64,000 bases of DNA, from contig CAVUCU010000004.1 of NCBI GenBank assembly GCA_963740085.1, forward strand, positions 320,001 through 384,000. Direction: 5' to 3'. Position numbers and translations under genes: made by a program. Below the pieces are notes generated by a model. It ran no database searches. It was not told the DNA's origin and saw only the letters and a list, made by a program, of their open reading frames with translations. Of this stretch, positions 1 through 9,226 are shown one piece after another. Every line of letters starts with the position of its first letter. Positions within the stretch are counted from its first letter, which is position 1. Source of the stretch: Nitrospirota bacterium (GTDB lineage: Bacteria > Nitrospirota > UBA9217).

Positions 1-1
1 G

Positions 2-1708
2 CTGTATGCGATCACTATTCTTGCCTCGATCGTGTTTATCGAATTCTTTATAACTAATGCCGTGAGAAGCAGTCATATTCATGATCTACGGGATCACCTC
101 CTTTCTCAGGCAACGCTCATTTCCAATGACATCTCTTTTAAAGCCCAACCCCCTCTCGACAACATTTGCCGGCAGTTCAAGGAGCAAACCGGTTTCCGCG
201 TGACGATAATCGCTCTCGATGGACTGGTTCTCGGGGATTCAGACTCGGATTCATCCCGCATGGATAATCACGCGGGTCGTCCCGAAGTTCAACAGTCTTT
301 TCTGTATGGCACCGGCATGTCAGAACGACACAGCAAAACGCTGAATGAAGACTTGCTTTATGTCGCGAAAAAGGTCACGCGTGCCGGCCTGCCCATTGGT
401 ATTGTCCGGCTCAGCATGCAGCTTACACAAGTAAATGCCTCGATCAACTCCCTGAGATTCAAGATTATCGGCGTAGTCATTGCGATCCTGATTGCCACGG
501 GCTTGTTCTCGGTGGGACAGTTGGAGCGTATCAGGAGACTGACAAAGCAGATCGGAGACTTTTCGCGATCTCTCGCGGGCGGCGCAATCGGGAACAAGCT
601 GTATTTTGACCGCGCCGGAGAGTTTGACGAAATAGCCATAAGCCTGAATACAATGTCGGAGGAACTGCAAAACAGTATTGCTGCGAACGAAGAGGAAAGA
701 AAGAGACTGAACGTAATACTTCGGAGCATTCCCGATGTTCTTATGATACTCGAATCCAATGGTACTATCCAGCTTGCAAGCTCCGCTTCACGGCAGTATT
801 TCGGAGAAGTCCCCTTGAAGGGAAGACAGGTTTTCGAGGTGATTCGAAATCCATTATTCCTGTCACTTATGGAAGAGGCTCGCAAGAATCTTATGCCCAG
901 CGTCGGCGAATTGCGACTTGATAATCCGGAGGAAAGATATTTTTCCGCGATGGTTTCACCGCTTTCCTATAAGGAAGGGGAGTTATCCGGTTTTGTCGTC
1001 ATATTGCATGACATCACGCAGTTGAAAAAACTGGAGCAGACTCGAAAGGATTTTGTTGCGAACATATCTCACGAGATCAAGACGCCGATCACGGCCATCA
1101 AAGGTTTTGCCGATGCCCTGCTTGAAGGGGCGTTGCATGACGCAGACCATGCCGATAAATTTTTGAAGATCATCAGGTCGAACAGTGAACGGATCAACAG
1201 TCTTGTGGACGATCTTATGACGATCTCCAAAATAGAACTCGGTGTTGTCAGGATTGAGAAATCTCCGGTGGATGTCAAGGATGCTGTTGAACATGTCCTG
1301 GCTTTGCTGCGGTCAAAAGCAGCGGAAAAGAAGCTGTTCCTGAAAATGGATTTTCCCGCAGAACCTATAACTGTAATGGCTGACCGTGACAAGCTTATGC
1401 AAGTGTTTACGAACCTAGTGGACAATGCATTAAAATTCACCGAAACCGGCGGAGTGATGATCGGCGCACGGAGAGAAAACGATAAAACTTATCTGTACAT
1501 TGAAGACACAGGCATCGGAATTCCGGAGAAACACCTTTCGCGCATCGGAGAGAGATTTTACCGCGTGGACACCGCCAGATCGAGGAAGATGGGCGGCACC
1601 GGGCTGGGTCTTGCGATTGTCAAGCACCTGGTAAAGGCCCATGGCTGGGAGATGCAGATCGAGAGCAGGGAGGAAAAGGGCACAAAGGTGAAAGTGTATG
1701 TGGTTTAA
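2..1708 (+). CDS. phoR: Phosphate regulon sensor histidine kinase PhoR (5' end outside window)
   Basis: Frame is open to the left edge. TM-periplasmic-TM-HAMP-PAS-HisKA (FVANISHEIKTP)-HATPase (NALKF, DTGIG, FYRVDTARSR, GTGLGL). pst/phoU lie in the same region. Confidence 0.9.
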   Translation: MYAITILASIVFIEFFITNAVRSSHIHDLRDHLLSQATLISNDISFKAQPPLDNICRQFKEQTGFRVTIIALDGLVLGDSDSDSSRMDNHAGRPEVQQSFLYGTGMSERHSKTLNEDLLYVAKKVTRAGLPIGIVRLSMQLTQVNASINSLRFKIIGVVIAILIATGLFSVGQLERIRRLTKQIGDFSRSLAGGAIGNKLYFDRAGEFDEIAISLNTMSEELQNSIAANEEERKRLNVILRSIPDVLMILESNGTIQLASSASRQYFGEVPLKGRQVFEVIRNPLFLSLMEEARKNLMPSVGELRLDNPEERYFSAMVSPLSYKEGELSGFVVILHDITQLKKLEQTRKDFVANISHEIKTPITAIKGFADALLEGALHDADHADKFLKIIRSNSERINSLVDDLMTISKIELGVVRIEKSPVDVKDAVEHVLALLRSKAAEKKLFLKMDFPAEPITVMADRDKLMQVFTNLVDNALKFTETGGVMIGARRENDKTYLYIEDTGIGIPEKHLSRIGERFYRVDTARSRKMGGTGLGLAIVKHLVKAHGWEMQIESREEKGTKVKVYVV

Positions 1709-1795
1709 TGCCATTCACCGAGACACCGGCGCAATACCTTAGGGGCGTTCCGAGTTTTCTGGGAGTACTGAAATTTCTGCAAAAGGAAGGTAACA

Positions 1796-2512
1796 ATGAA
1801 AATCGGGGTACTCGGCGATGTTCACGGAAATATCGAAGCTCTTAAAGCCGCCTACAATTCGGCAGTTACCATGAAAGTCGACAAGCTTTATCATCTCGGT
1901 GATCTTGGCGGTTACGCGCCGTTCGTGAACGAAGTTGTGGATTTTATGATCGATCACGGCATCGAAGGTGTCCAGGGAAATTACGATGAGGCAGTGGCAA
2001 ATGACCGGGAGCACTGTGGTTGCAAGGCTGAGGAGCCTTTGCAGGAGGAGATGGCTCACCTGTCCTTTGTCTGGACAAAGGAGCACGTGTCTCCTGAGAG
2101 CAAGGCATACCTGAAGAACCTTCCTGCAGAAATAGAATTCACTGCTGAAGGCAAAAAGGTCTGGCTTTTTCATGCTACACCGAAAAAGAACAATCTCTAT
2201 TGGTTTGAAGACCGGCCGGAGAAGTTCTTCCGGGAAATGGCCGAAAAAGGTGAGGCTAGTATCATGATATACGGTCATATCCACAAACCATATCGGAAGG
2301 ACATCAATGGAAATATCTTCATCAACGCCGGCAGTGTGGGCAAGCCCAAGGACGGCGATCCGCGAGCCTGTGTAACGATCGTAGAGATAACGCCTGCGGC
2401 GGTGAGGACTGAGTTTATCCGTATACCCTATGATCTGGAAAAGGTTGCAGCCGCCATCAGTGCTAGCGGATTGCCTGAGTATTATGCAGAAAAGCTGAGG
2501 CGCGGTGCGTGA
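1796..2512 (+). CDS. Calcineurin-like metallophosphoesterase (YfcE-like)
   Basis: Motifs GDVHGN, LGDL, GNYD, GHIH, NAGSVG. Confidence 0.88.
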   Translation: MKIGVLGDVHGNIEALKAAYNSAVTMKVDKLYHLGDLGGYAPFVNEVVDFMIDHGIEGVQGNYDEAVANDREHCGCKAEEPLQEEMAHLSFVWTKEHVSPESKAYLKNLPAEIEFTAEGKKVWLFHATPKKNNLYWFEDRPEKFFREMAEKGEASIMIYGHIHKPYRKDINGNIFINAGSVGKPKDGDPRACVTIVEITPAAVRTEFIRIPYDLEKVAAAISASGLPEYYAEKLRRGA

Positions 2513-2558
2513 TGGGCTGAGCAAATGAAGTGGTGAGGAGCCAATAGGGGAGAAAAAT

Positions 2559-2987
2559 ATGGGAAAGGCAAAAGTGTTGTTTGTATGTGTTCACAACAGC
2601 GCCCGCAGTCAGATGGCAGAGACGTTTCTTAACTCTTTGGGCGGTGATAAATTCGTTGCAGAAAGTGCAGGATTGGCGCCGGGACCGTTGAACCCGGTTG
2701 TTGTTGAGGTCATGAAGGAGGTCGGGTTTGATATCTCAGGGAAGAAGACGCAAAGCGCCTTTGACTGCTTCAAGGCGGGCAAACGATATAACTACGTGAT
2801 AACGGTCTGTGATGAAACAAATGCCGAGCGATGCCCCATATTTCCTGGGCACGCGAAGAGGCTGCATTGGGGTTTTCCGGATCCCAGGGTGTTGGGAGGA
2901 AGCCATGAAGAAAAACTCAAGGGGATAAGAATAATCAGAGATCAAATAAGGGCCAAAATAGAGGGGTGGCTCTCGCAGGAACAATAA
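2559..2987 (+). CDS. arsC: Arsenate reductase, LMW-PTP/thioredoxin-coupled type
   Basis: P-loop [27 protein letters not shown]; acr3 remnant immediately downstream. Confidence 0.88.
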   Translation: MGKAKVLFVCVHNSARSQMAETFLNSLGGDKFVAESAGLAPGPLNPVVVEVMKEVGFDISGKKTQSAFDCFKAGKRYNYVITVCDETNAERCPIFPGHAKRLHWGFPDPRVLGGSHEEKLKGIRIIRDQIRAKIEGWLSQEQ

Positions 2988-3006
2988 AAGAAACGAAGAG
3001 GGGGGG

Positions 3007-3200
3007 ATAACCATCGGTCTCATCCTCATGATGTACCCGCCACTTGCCAAGCTCAAGTATGAAGAACTCGGAGAGGTCTTTCGAAATAAAAAGTCCTTGC
3101 TCTGTCGCTCGTCCAGAACTGGATCATCGGTCCAATACTGAGGTTCGCTCTGGCGATCATATTCCTCCGGTCCTATCCCGAATACATGGTCGGCCTCATC
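3007..3200 (+). pseudogene. acr3: ACR3-family arsenite efflux transporter, internal remnant
   Basis: Hand translation [29 protein letters not shown] / frameshift / [36 protein letters not shown]; no start, truncated at both ends. Confidence 0.85.
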
Positions 3201-3202
3201 AA

Positions 3203-3257
3203 TTTCATACAAATTTAACCAGCTTGTAACAAGTATGTAATCCAGGCATGGTAGTAT
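3203..3257 (+). promoter_or_regulatory. Pho-box-like promoter 1 (psiE)
   Basis: TTTCAT/TTTAAC/TGTAAC/TGTAAT at 3203,3214,3225,3236; -10 TAGTAT 10 bp later. Confidence 0.8.
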
Positions 3258-3323
3258 CCTTTCACGCACGGTGGCCTCAGTAAATTGCGCATCGTCTCCT
3301 CAGGTCACGAAAGGACCTTACCC

Positions 3324-3749
3324 ATGAAATACTTAACGAAGATCGTCGACACTATGATCAAATTTATGATTCCGATGGTGATCATTGCCCTTTTGATGGG
3401 GATCGCTCGGGTCATTCTTGACCTTCGAGCAGTGTTTGGGAGCCAGACGCTGGCGTCCGCTTTTGACATGATCGTAACGAATATTCTTTCCATGTTCATC
3501 GTAATCGAACTGCTCAGGAGCCTCCTGGAATATTTCACTGTGCATCGTCTCAAGATTACGTTTATAACCGATGCGGCGCTGGTCTTTGTTCTGCGCGAGA
3601 TCATGATCGGGCTTTATGAGCATAAGATGGAATCCGGAATGATCATGGCGCTCGCATCCCTTATCCTGGTGCTCGGCGGCATCCGGACTCTCGCCGTGGT
3701 ATTTTCGCCAGAAAAATGCACTGATACCGATGAACTTAGCCATGCGTAA
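3324..3749 (+). CDS. Phosphate-starvation-inducible PsiE-family membrane protein
   Basis: Four TM helices, IVIELLRS..YF..HR and LVFVLREI motifs; AAGGA RBS before ATG 3324; Pho-box array upstream. Confidence 0.82.
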   Translation: MKYLTKIVDTMIKFMIPMVIIALLMGIARVILDLRAVFGSQTLASAFDMIVTNILSMFIVIELLRSLLEYFTVHRLKITFITDAALVFVLREIMIGLYEHKMESGMIMALASLILVLGGIRTLAVVFSPEKCTDTDELSHA

Positions 3750-3846
3750 CAATATGCAAAAGCGGTTTCCGGAAGGATTCGAGGATATCCTGATCTTCGC
3801 CGTTTCCATGGCAGGACTTGTATTCATGGTTTTCTATTGGAAGTGA
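3742..3846 (+). CDS. Putative 34-aa single-TM small protein
   Basis: MRNNMQKRFPEGFEDILIFAVSMAGLVFMVFYWK; overlaps the psiE stop and fills the gap to GH1; below the ORF-track cutoff. Confidence 0.45.
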   Translation: MRNNMQKRFPEGFEDILIFAVSMAGLVFMVFYWK

Positions 3847-3869
3847 CACGGGGCGACAAGAGCATCGAG

Positions 3870-5132
3870 ATGCAAGAGACAACGAAAAAATCGGCGTTCC
3901 CGGATGACTTTCAGTGGGGTGTCGCTACCTCCGCTTTTCAGCTTGAAGGTTCTCCGAATGCTGACTGGGCAACCTGGGACCCCGTGTTACGTGATATTCC
4001 ACAGATCACAAATCACTACGCCGTTTTCAGGGAGGACCTGAAACTTCTGAAGGAATTAGGCGTAAATTCCTATCGCTTCTCCATCGAATGGAGCAGAATC
4101 CAGCCTCGGCTGGACACGTGGGATGAAGAGGTCATCGCACATTATCAGGAAATCATCGATATTCTGCGAAGCTATAACATCGAGCCTATGGTCACTCTCC
4201 ATCATTTCACTCATCCGCGCTGGTTTATTGAACGATTTCCTTGGCATCGCAGCGAGTCGATCGAAAAATTCCTGCGCTATGCGGAGAAGATGGTCTCGAC
4301 GCTCAAGAACGTACGATACTGGATAACGTTCAATGAACCTTATGTCATCCTGATCGGCGGGTACCTCGACGGTTGCATGCCGCCGGGTCTGCGCGACGTA
4401 CCCCGTTCCCTCGTTGCCCTGAAGAACATTTTTACCTGCCACGGCAAGGCCTATGACATCATCCATCGATATGTCCCCGATGCGCAGGTCAGCGTCGCGC
4501 ATAATATGTCCGTGTTCGCTCCCTGGAAAAAATGGAATCCCTTCGACCGACTGCTGAAGAAGTCGGCGAATCACTTTTACAATCACTCGATCATTAACGC
4601 GTTCCGAACCGGCATTTTCGTCGTCAAATTCCCTTTTACCAGCGCAGTGGAAATCGAAGTCCCGATAAAGGACAAACTCGACTTCTTCGGCCTGAATTAC
4701 TACACGCGCATTCACCTCCGGTTCAATCCCTTCAAAAAGATGGGAGTTGAGATTCGTTATTCAGATATTGACGGCCATGGCCTTACCAATCTCGGATGGG
4801 AGGTGCACCCGCGAGGTCTGGCAAAGGTCCTTCGCTATGCTTCGCGGCTCGGCGTCCCTCTCATCATCACCGAGAATGGCATTGCTACACACGATTCCGA
4901 GGAAAAAGTAAAGTACATGAAGCGACACGTGGATGTCGTAGAACGATGCCTGAAAGACGGGCTCGATGTCCGCGGTTATTATTACTGGACCCTTATCGAC
5001 AACTACGAATGGTTGCAGGGCCTCGACGCCCGGTTCGGTCTCTACCGGGTAGATTTCAAAACGCTCAAGCGGGCCCCGACGAGCGCCGCGACCTACTATG
5101 CCTACCTGATCCAGAGCCGGTCACGAATTTAA
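3870..5132 (+). CDS. Glycoside hydrolase family 1 (beta-glucosidase-like)
   Basis: FPDDFQWGVATSAFQLEG, RFSIEWSRI, TFNEP acid/base, ITENG nucleophile, DNYEW. Confidence 0.93.
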   Translation: MQETTKKSAFPDDFQWGVATSAFQLEGSPNADWATWDPVLRDIPQITNHYAVFREDLKLLKELGVNSYRFSIEWSRIQPRLDTWDEEVIAHYQEIIDILRSYNIEPMVTLHHFTHPRWFIERFPWHRSESIEKFLRYAEKMVSTLKNVRYWITFNEPYVILIGGYLDGCMPPGLRDVPRSLVALKNIFTCHGKAYDIIHRYVPDAQVSVAHNMSVFAPWKKWNPFDRLLKKSANHFYNHSIINAFRTGIFVVKFPFTSAVEIEVPIKDKLDFFGLNYYTRIHLRFNPFKKMGVEIRYSDIDGHGLTNLGWEVHPRGLAKVLRYASRLGVPLIITENGIATHDSEEKVKYMKRHVDVVERCLKDGLDVRGYYYWTLIDNYEWLQGLDARFGLYRVDFKTLKRAPTSAATYYAYLIQSRSRI

Positions 5133-5182
5133 TATAAAATTCATTTTCTCTTCATATTCCTGTAATACTAATCCTGTACTAT
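5128..5182 (+). promoter_or_regulatory. Pho-box-like promoter 2
   Basis: TTTAAT/ATTCAT/CTTCAT/TGTAAT at 5128,5139,5150,5161; -10 TACTAT at 5177. Confidence 0.78.
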
Positions 5183-5257
5183 TGATCCATAACAGAGCAG
5201 TGACATTAAGAAGTAAGAAGAAAAATACCGGTTAAATACAATTAAGGAGGCATTCCC

Positions 5258-5488
5258 ATGCAAAATCAGACAGCAGCACTTAGTTTGCAACGGATATACG
5301 ACAAGGAAAACGAACCACACGTACGCGCTATTGATGGACTTGTGCACGAACTCGGGATTCCCGCAGAGGAAGTCAACAGGTCGTATCGGGAGGTCCTTGA
5401 GGAACTGAACAAGGAGATCAAGGTGAAAGCATTCCTTCCGATCCTTGTCAGCAGAGTCGTTAAAGACCGTTTATTGCAGCATCGGTAA
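5258..5488 (+). CDS. DUF3562-like small helical protein
   Basis: AI..L..ELG.P.EEV...Y...L..L....KVKAFLPILVSR.VK pattern; AAGGAGG RBS. Confidence 0.7.
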   Translation: MQNQTAALSLQRIYDKENEPHVRAIDGLVHELGIPAEEVNRSYREVLEELNKEIKVKAFLPILVSRVVKDRLLQHR

Positions 5489-5604
5489 TACATCCTGTTC
5501 AACGGCGTCTTCAGGGGTTGCACGACTCCGGAATATTGTAAAACTTTTTTTAAAATGGGTGACGTTGACGCTTTTGCCCGGAATAAGGTGTGAGGTGATT
5601 GAGC

Positions 5605-5703
5605 ATGAATGAGAGTGTCCTGAAAGTAATTAAATACGGTCTCACAACAGCCGGGCTGCTCATCGGGATGCTGTTTCTTGTCCTTATCATTCGCGGGACA
5701 TAA
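5605..5703 (+). CDS. Putative 32-aa single-TM small protein
   Basis: MNESVLKVIKYGLTTAGLLIGMLFLVLIIRGT preceded by GAGGTG RBS. Confidence 0.5.
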   Translation: MNESVLKVIKYGLTTAGLLIGMLFLVLIIRGT

Positions 5704-5835
5704 ATAAGTTATTTTGCAGCTGTTCCCGATGTTATTGCAATATTAGCATGTGGAGGGCTGATATCAAAAAATAACCGGCAACCCGTGACAAATACTGTAT
5801 TGGATCACATTTATCCGGTCCGGAGCCAGCCAAGA

Positions 5836-5890
5836 TTTAATGAAATCGTAAAATTCTCGTCATAATCTTGTAACACGACTCGTATATGAT
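5836..5890 (+). promoter_or_regulatory. Pho-box-like promoter 3
   Basis: TTTAAT/CGTAAA/CGTCAT/TGTAAC at 5836,5847,5858,5869; -10 TATGAT at 5885. Confidence 0.72.
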
Positions 5891-5941
5891 TTGTTCTAAT
5901 CAAGTATAAGCAGATTATTCCCGGATTGAAAGGAGGTACTT

Positions 5942-6160
5942 ATGAGATTAAGTGACGTTGCATCTGGGCGCAATACAGTATGCGCAGAAGCACCTATGGC
6001 GACGTGCCCCTATGAAACAAGCGAAACAGGCAGCAGCAATTATTGTTCCGCCTCCATTATGACAGTTGTAACCAATAGTTTTCAGAAGATAAATTACTGC
6101 TGGACGGACAATTACGATAGCTGTCCGTTGTTCCTGTCGAAGGTTATGCGAAAGAAATGA
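5942..6160 (+). CDS. Small Cys-rich hypothetical protein (possible metal binding)
   Basis: AGGAGG RBS; CPY..YC..YC..CP spacing. Confidence 0.65.
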   Translation: MRLSDVASGRNTVCAEAPMATCPYETSETGSSNYCSASIMTVVTNSFQKINYCWTDNYDSCPLFLSKVMRKK

Positions 6161-6281
6161 CAGGTGGATTTACGCGAAATATACGGCTTAGGTTTACGGA
6201 TAATATCGTCGGCAGTCAGTATCCCCGTGGAAAGGGGAAGCAGGAGTTCACGTCCACAATAAATAACGCCAGGAGGTCCAA

Positions 6282-6485
6282 ATGTCTGATCAGAATGTAA
6301 GTCATGCCGTGTTGCATCTCAGTGAAAGAGAATCCGCCCAGCTTGCTCGTGCAGTTCAAATACTCATCCAGGAGCTTGGGTTCGATCAGGAAGAGGTGGA
6401 TCGCTCCTACAATGAAAGCCTGGCATATTTTATGAAAAATGATCGTTATGATCAGCGTTTAAGCGGCGATGCATGTTCCATGTGA
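6282..6485 (+). CDS. Small hypothetical protein, divergent DUF3562-like paralogue
   Basis: AGGAGG RBS; RAVQILIQELGFDQEEVDRSY aligns with RAIDGLVHELGIPAEEVNRSY of 5258..5488. Confidence 0.6.
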   Translation: MSDQNVSHAVLHLSERESAQLARAVQILIQELGFDQEEVDRSYNESLAYFMKNDRYDQRLSGDACSM

Positions 6486-6786
6486 AGATGAGTATAACTG
6501 CATAATTTCGCGATGCATCACAAAGGGCACCTATTGCAAACGCTGAACGATGAGGTCCTTCATGCAAGATGACTTTAACTTCGTGGCACGTTGATATTGT
6601 TAAACCGTTATTGAGACTGTTTTGCGACCGCCCGCATTCCTCAATGTATGCCAGATCACGGGGCGGAAAACAATTAATTGGAATATCACTTCCTCTTTAT
6701 ACTCCTGTAATGCCAACCTGTATCATCTACCCAATACCCGTTCGATCATCAGATTACTCCCGATGCCGAGCTGACAGGTTAAAACA

Positions 6787-6841
6787 TTTAACAGAAATTT
6801 AACATTTCCGTAATACTGGTGACATATCCAGTATGTATAAT
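6787..6841 (+). promoter_or_regulatory. Pho-box-like promoter 4
   Basis: TTTAAC/TTTAAC/CGTAAT/TGACAT at 6787,6798,6809,6820; -10 TATAAT at 6836. Confidence 0.8.
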
Positions 6842-6873
6842 TATTGCATACTTAATAATGATGAGGTTAATAA

Positions 6874-7182
6874 ATGATGGATAAAACATGCAGTCTTAAG
6901 TGTCCCGCATGCGCCTCTGAAGCGGTATATAAATACGGCCACTTAAAAAATGGAAAGCAGCGCCTCAAGTGCATTTTGTGCGGAAGACAGTTTGTCATTG
7001 GTATTTCGAGGCATGAAATGAGCAATCGTCCAACCTGTCCCCGATGCGGCCTTAAGATGCACCTTTACATGCATGACAAAATGGCGTTGCGATTCAGATG
7101 TTCGGAATATCCTGATTGTAAATCATATATAAAAATCCCTTATCAAAAGGAGGTCACCTCATATGAAAAGCTATGTTCATAA
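6874..7182 (+). CDS. Double zinc-ribbon protein (InsA-like ribbon plus topoisomerase-type C4 finger)
   Basis: CPAC..YKYG..GKQRLKCILCGRQF and CPRCG..FRCSEYPDC; no transposase catalytic domain. Confidence 0.7.
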   Translation: MMDKTCSLKCPACASEAVYKYGHLKNGKQRLKCILCGRQFVIGISRHEMSNRPTCPRCGLKMHLYMHDKMALRFRCSEYPDCKSYIKIPYQKEVTSYEKLCS

Positions 7183-7534
7183 TGTACCGGGAAGACTGCG
7201 GATAAAGAATGCCCTGTTTAAAAATGTCTCAATCCACTATGAAGTTCGAAAGGCCCTTGTGGATATGGGCCACGGCATCGGAGCCGCTGATTTCAATACG
7301 ACGACGGGCAGCCTTCTGATCAACTACAACCCGACAGAGGTCCATCATCAGGACATCCTGAGCGCCCTCGCGAGGGGAGGTTTTTATCATCCCGACAAAA
7401 CAATAACCAACGATCAGGTGATTCATCAGGCAACGTCCAAGGCATTCAATGTGGTAGCCAGGGCGGTTTCGGGGGCCTTCATCGACACTGCCCTGCAGGG
7501 CACTGGCTTGTCATTTCTGGCAATATTGCTATAA
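7163..7534 (+). CDS. HMA2-domain protein
   Basis: HNVPGRLRI and N..TGSLLINY motifs; GGAGG RBS. Confidence 0.75.
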   Translation: MKSYVHNVPGRLRIKNALFKNVSIHYEVRKALVDMGHGIGAADFNTTTGSLLINYNPTEVHHQDILSALARGGFYHPDKTITNDQVIHQATSKAFNVVARAVSGAFIDTALQGTGLSFLAILL

Positions 7535-7601
7535 AAAAGGTTGTGCCCGGCTGTTTTTTATATTCTATTTCGGCATATTACGCCGGTATGCGGTACTTTC
7601 A

Positions 7602-8477
7602 TTGATGGCATCTCTATTCGAAAAAGTTGAAACGGCAAGCCGGGAGCATGACAATGCCAGATCAGGAGGTATGCCAGTGTCTCCGGAAATGTGCGACTCT
7701 GAATCGCATAGCTTCTCCCTGGCGATGCAAAGGAAGCTGGAGCGCTTTTATGACAGACTCAAGCCTTTTTGTGTAACAACCCTGGGAAGTACCGCCTGCC
7801 TTGAATTCCCCGTTGACTATCTTGAAACCCTAAACCGTCATAACGAAGCAACTATTCGCCGTAAGGAATGGGCTGAAATATATAAAAATCTCGGTGACGG
7901 AAAGCCGGAGTATGATCTTTGGCTGGACAAATATGAAAGCATTCTTCAAGATGCCGATGATTTGCCGATCATCGACCTTGGATGCGGCTATGGAAATGAC
8001 ACGCTCTATCTTCACGAAAGAGGATATAGGGTTGTTTCCTGTGATCTTTCGGCAGAGGCTCTCAAAAGGTTGACTTACTTCATCGCCGAGCCCGTGACAA
8101 AACAATTCGACATGCTGAACGGACTCCCTTTTGCAAAAGATTCGGCAAAGATTATCATCGCAGATCTCTCGCTGCACTATTTCTATTGGGAAGATACCAA
8201 AAGTGTCCTCAATGATATACGAAGGGTGCTCGTAAATGGCGGCCATCTTTTGTGCAGGGTTAATTCCATCAGGGATACGAGCCATGGGGCAGGACAGGGG
8301 CGACGCATAGAGAAAAACTATTTCGAGGTACAAGGTCGTCTAAAAAGGTTTTTTAACAGGGAATGCGTTGAAGATCTTTTCAAAGACTGGTCGATCGAGC
8401 ATATAAACGAGGCCCCCCTGTACAGATATGGGAAAGAGAAGATCCTCTGGGAAGTAGCCGTAAAAAAGGCGAGTTGA
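7602..8477 (+). CDS. Class I SAM-dependent methyltransferase with N-terminal extension
   Basis: IIDLGCGYG motif I, CDLS, LSLHYF, LVNGGHL. Confidence 0.8.
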   Translation: MMASLFEKVETASREHDNARSGGMPVSPEMCDSESHSFSLAMQRKLERFYDRLKPFCVTTLGSTACLEFPVDYLETLNRHNEATIRRKEWAEIYKNLGDGKPEYDLWLDKYESILQDADDLPIIDLGCGYGNDTLYLHERGYRVVSCDLSAEALKRLTYFIAEPVTKQFDMLNGLPFAKDSAKIIIADLSLHYFYWEDTKSVLNDIRRVLVNGGHLLCRVNSIRDTSHGAGQGRRIEKNYFEVQGRLKRFFNRECVEDLFKDWSIEHINEAPLYRYGKEKILWEVAVKKAS

Positions 8478-8588
8478 TGAGTGAGGCGCCGTTTTTTATT
8501 CTCTACGGGATCACGGAGAGTAATACTTAGGTAAGGGACGTTCCGACAAGAGAGATATCATGACGCTGCATATATCATCAGCCAGCGT

Positions 8589-8891
8589 CTATCTCGTATC
8601 AGAATGCGAATCCCTGTCTTTCTTTTGCCGTATGTAACAATCGAGCAATGAGTCTATATTTTTCCACACCGTCTGGCTCGGTATATACCAGTTAACACGT
8701 ACGACGCTGATAGCCATGGTCATTTTATACTCATCCCACCTTACGCGCAGTACTGCTCCGTGCAGGCGCGTGTCAATGTCCCATGGATTGAATCCCCTTA
8801 TGATAGCCCCGTGCGAGGCTGCTTCAGTAAGTATCTTATCGATACTCGTTTTACTTATATCTCTGTAGTCGCGTGTACTGAATCCCGTCAA
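8589..8891 (-). CDS. Hypothetical protein
   Basis: 100-aa ORF with AAGGAG RBS; last gene of the minus-strand cluster. Confidence 0.55.
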   Translation of the reverse strand: MTGFSTRDYRDISKTSIDKILTEAASHGAIIRGFNPWDIDTRLHGAVLRVRWDEYKMTMAISVVRVNWYIPSQTVWKNIDSLLDCYIRQKKDRDSHSDTR

Positions 8892-8965
8892 TGGCTGCTC
8901 CTTAGTGGACCTGCAACGTCCGATTTGATCGCATATGAAAGAATCGTAACGGGGAGTAAATCTTT

Positions 8966-9226
8966 TTACAACTCCCGCGAATGGCCCCGCCGGCCTTCTA
9001 CGTCCGCTGTCGGCGTATTGTCACGCACAATGTCTTTTACCCTCTTTGAGACGAGCGCAGAGAGAAAGTATTTGATTCGCGCGGTCCGCGAATAATGCCT
9101 GAATACCATCCCATAGAGAGTCGATACGCGCTCCGTTGGCCGGTTCAGGCTCTGTGCAAGGTTTTCGATCGCGACCTGGTGATGACGTGGTCCAGACTCA
9201 ATATCCTGCAGAATACGTTTGTTCAT
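8966..9226 (-). CDS. DUF3562-like protein
   Basis: AIENLAQSLNRPTERVSTLY..ARIKYFLSALVSKRVK; ATG 9226 overlaps the CDF stop (ATGA). Confidence 0.7.
   Translation of the reverse strand: MNKRILQDIESGPRHHQVAIENLAQSLNRPTERVSTLYGMVFRHYSRTARIKYFLSALVSKRVKDIVRDNTPTADVEGRRGHSREL

Noticed and set aside
3044-3229. 61-aa ORF
   Set aside because: Wrong-frame reading of the acr3 remnant
6874-7182. IS1 element
   Set aside because: Only an InsA-like zinc ribbon; no InsB/DDE ORF, terminal inverted repeats or target duplication seen
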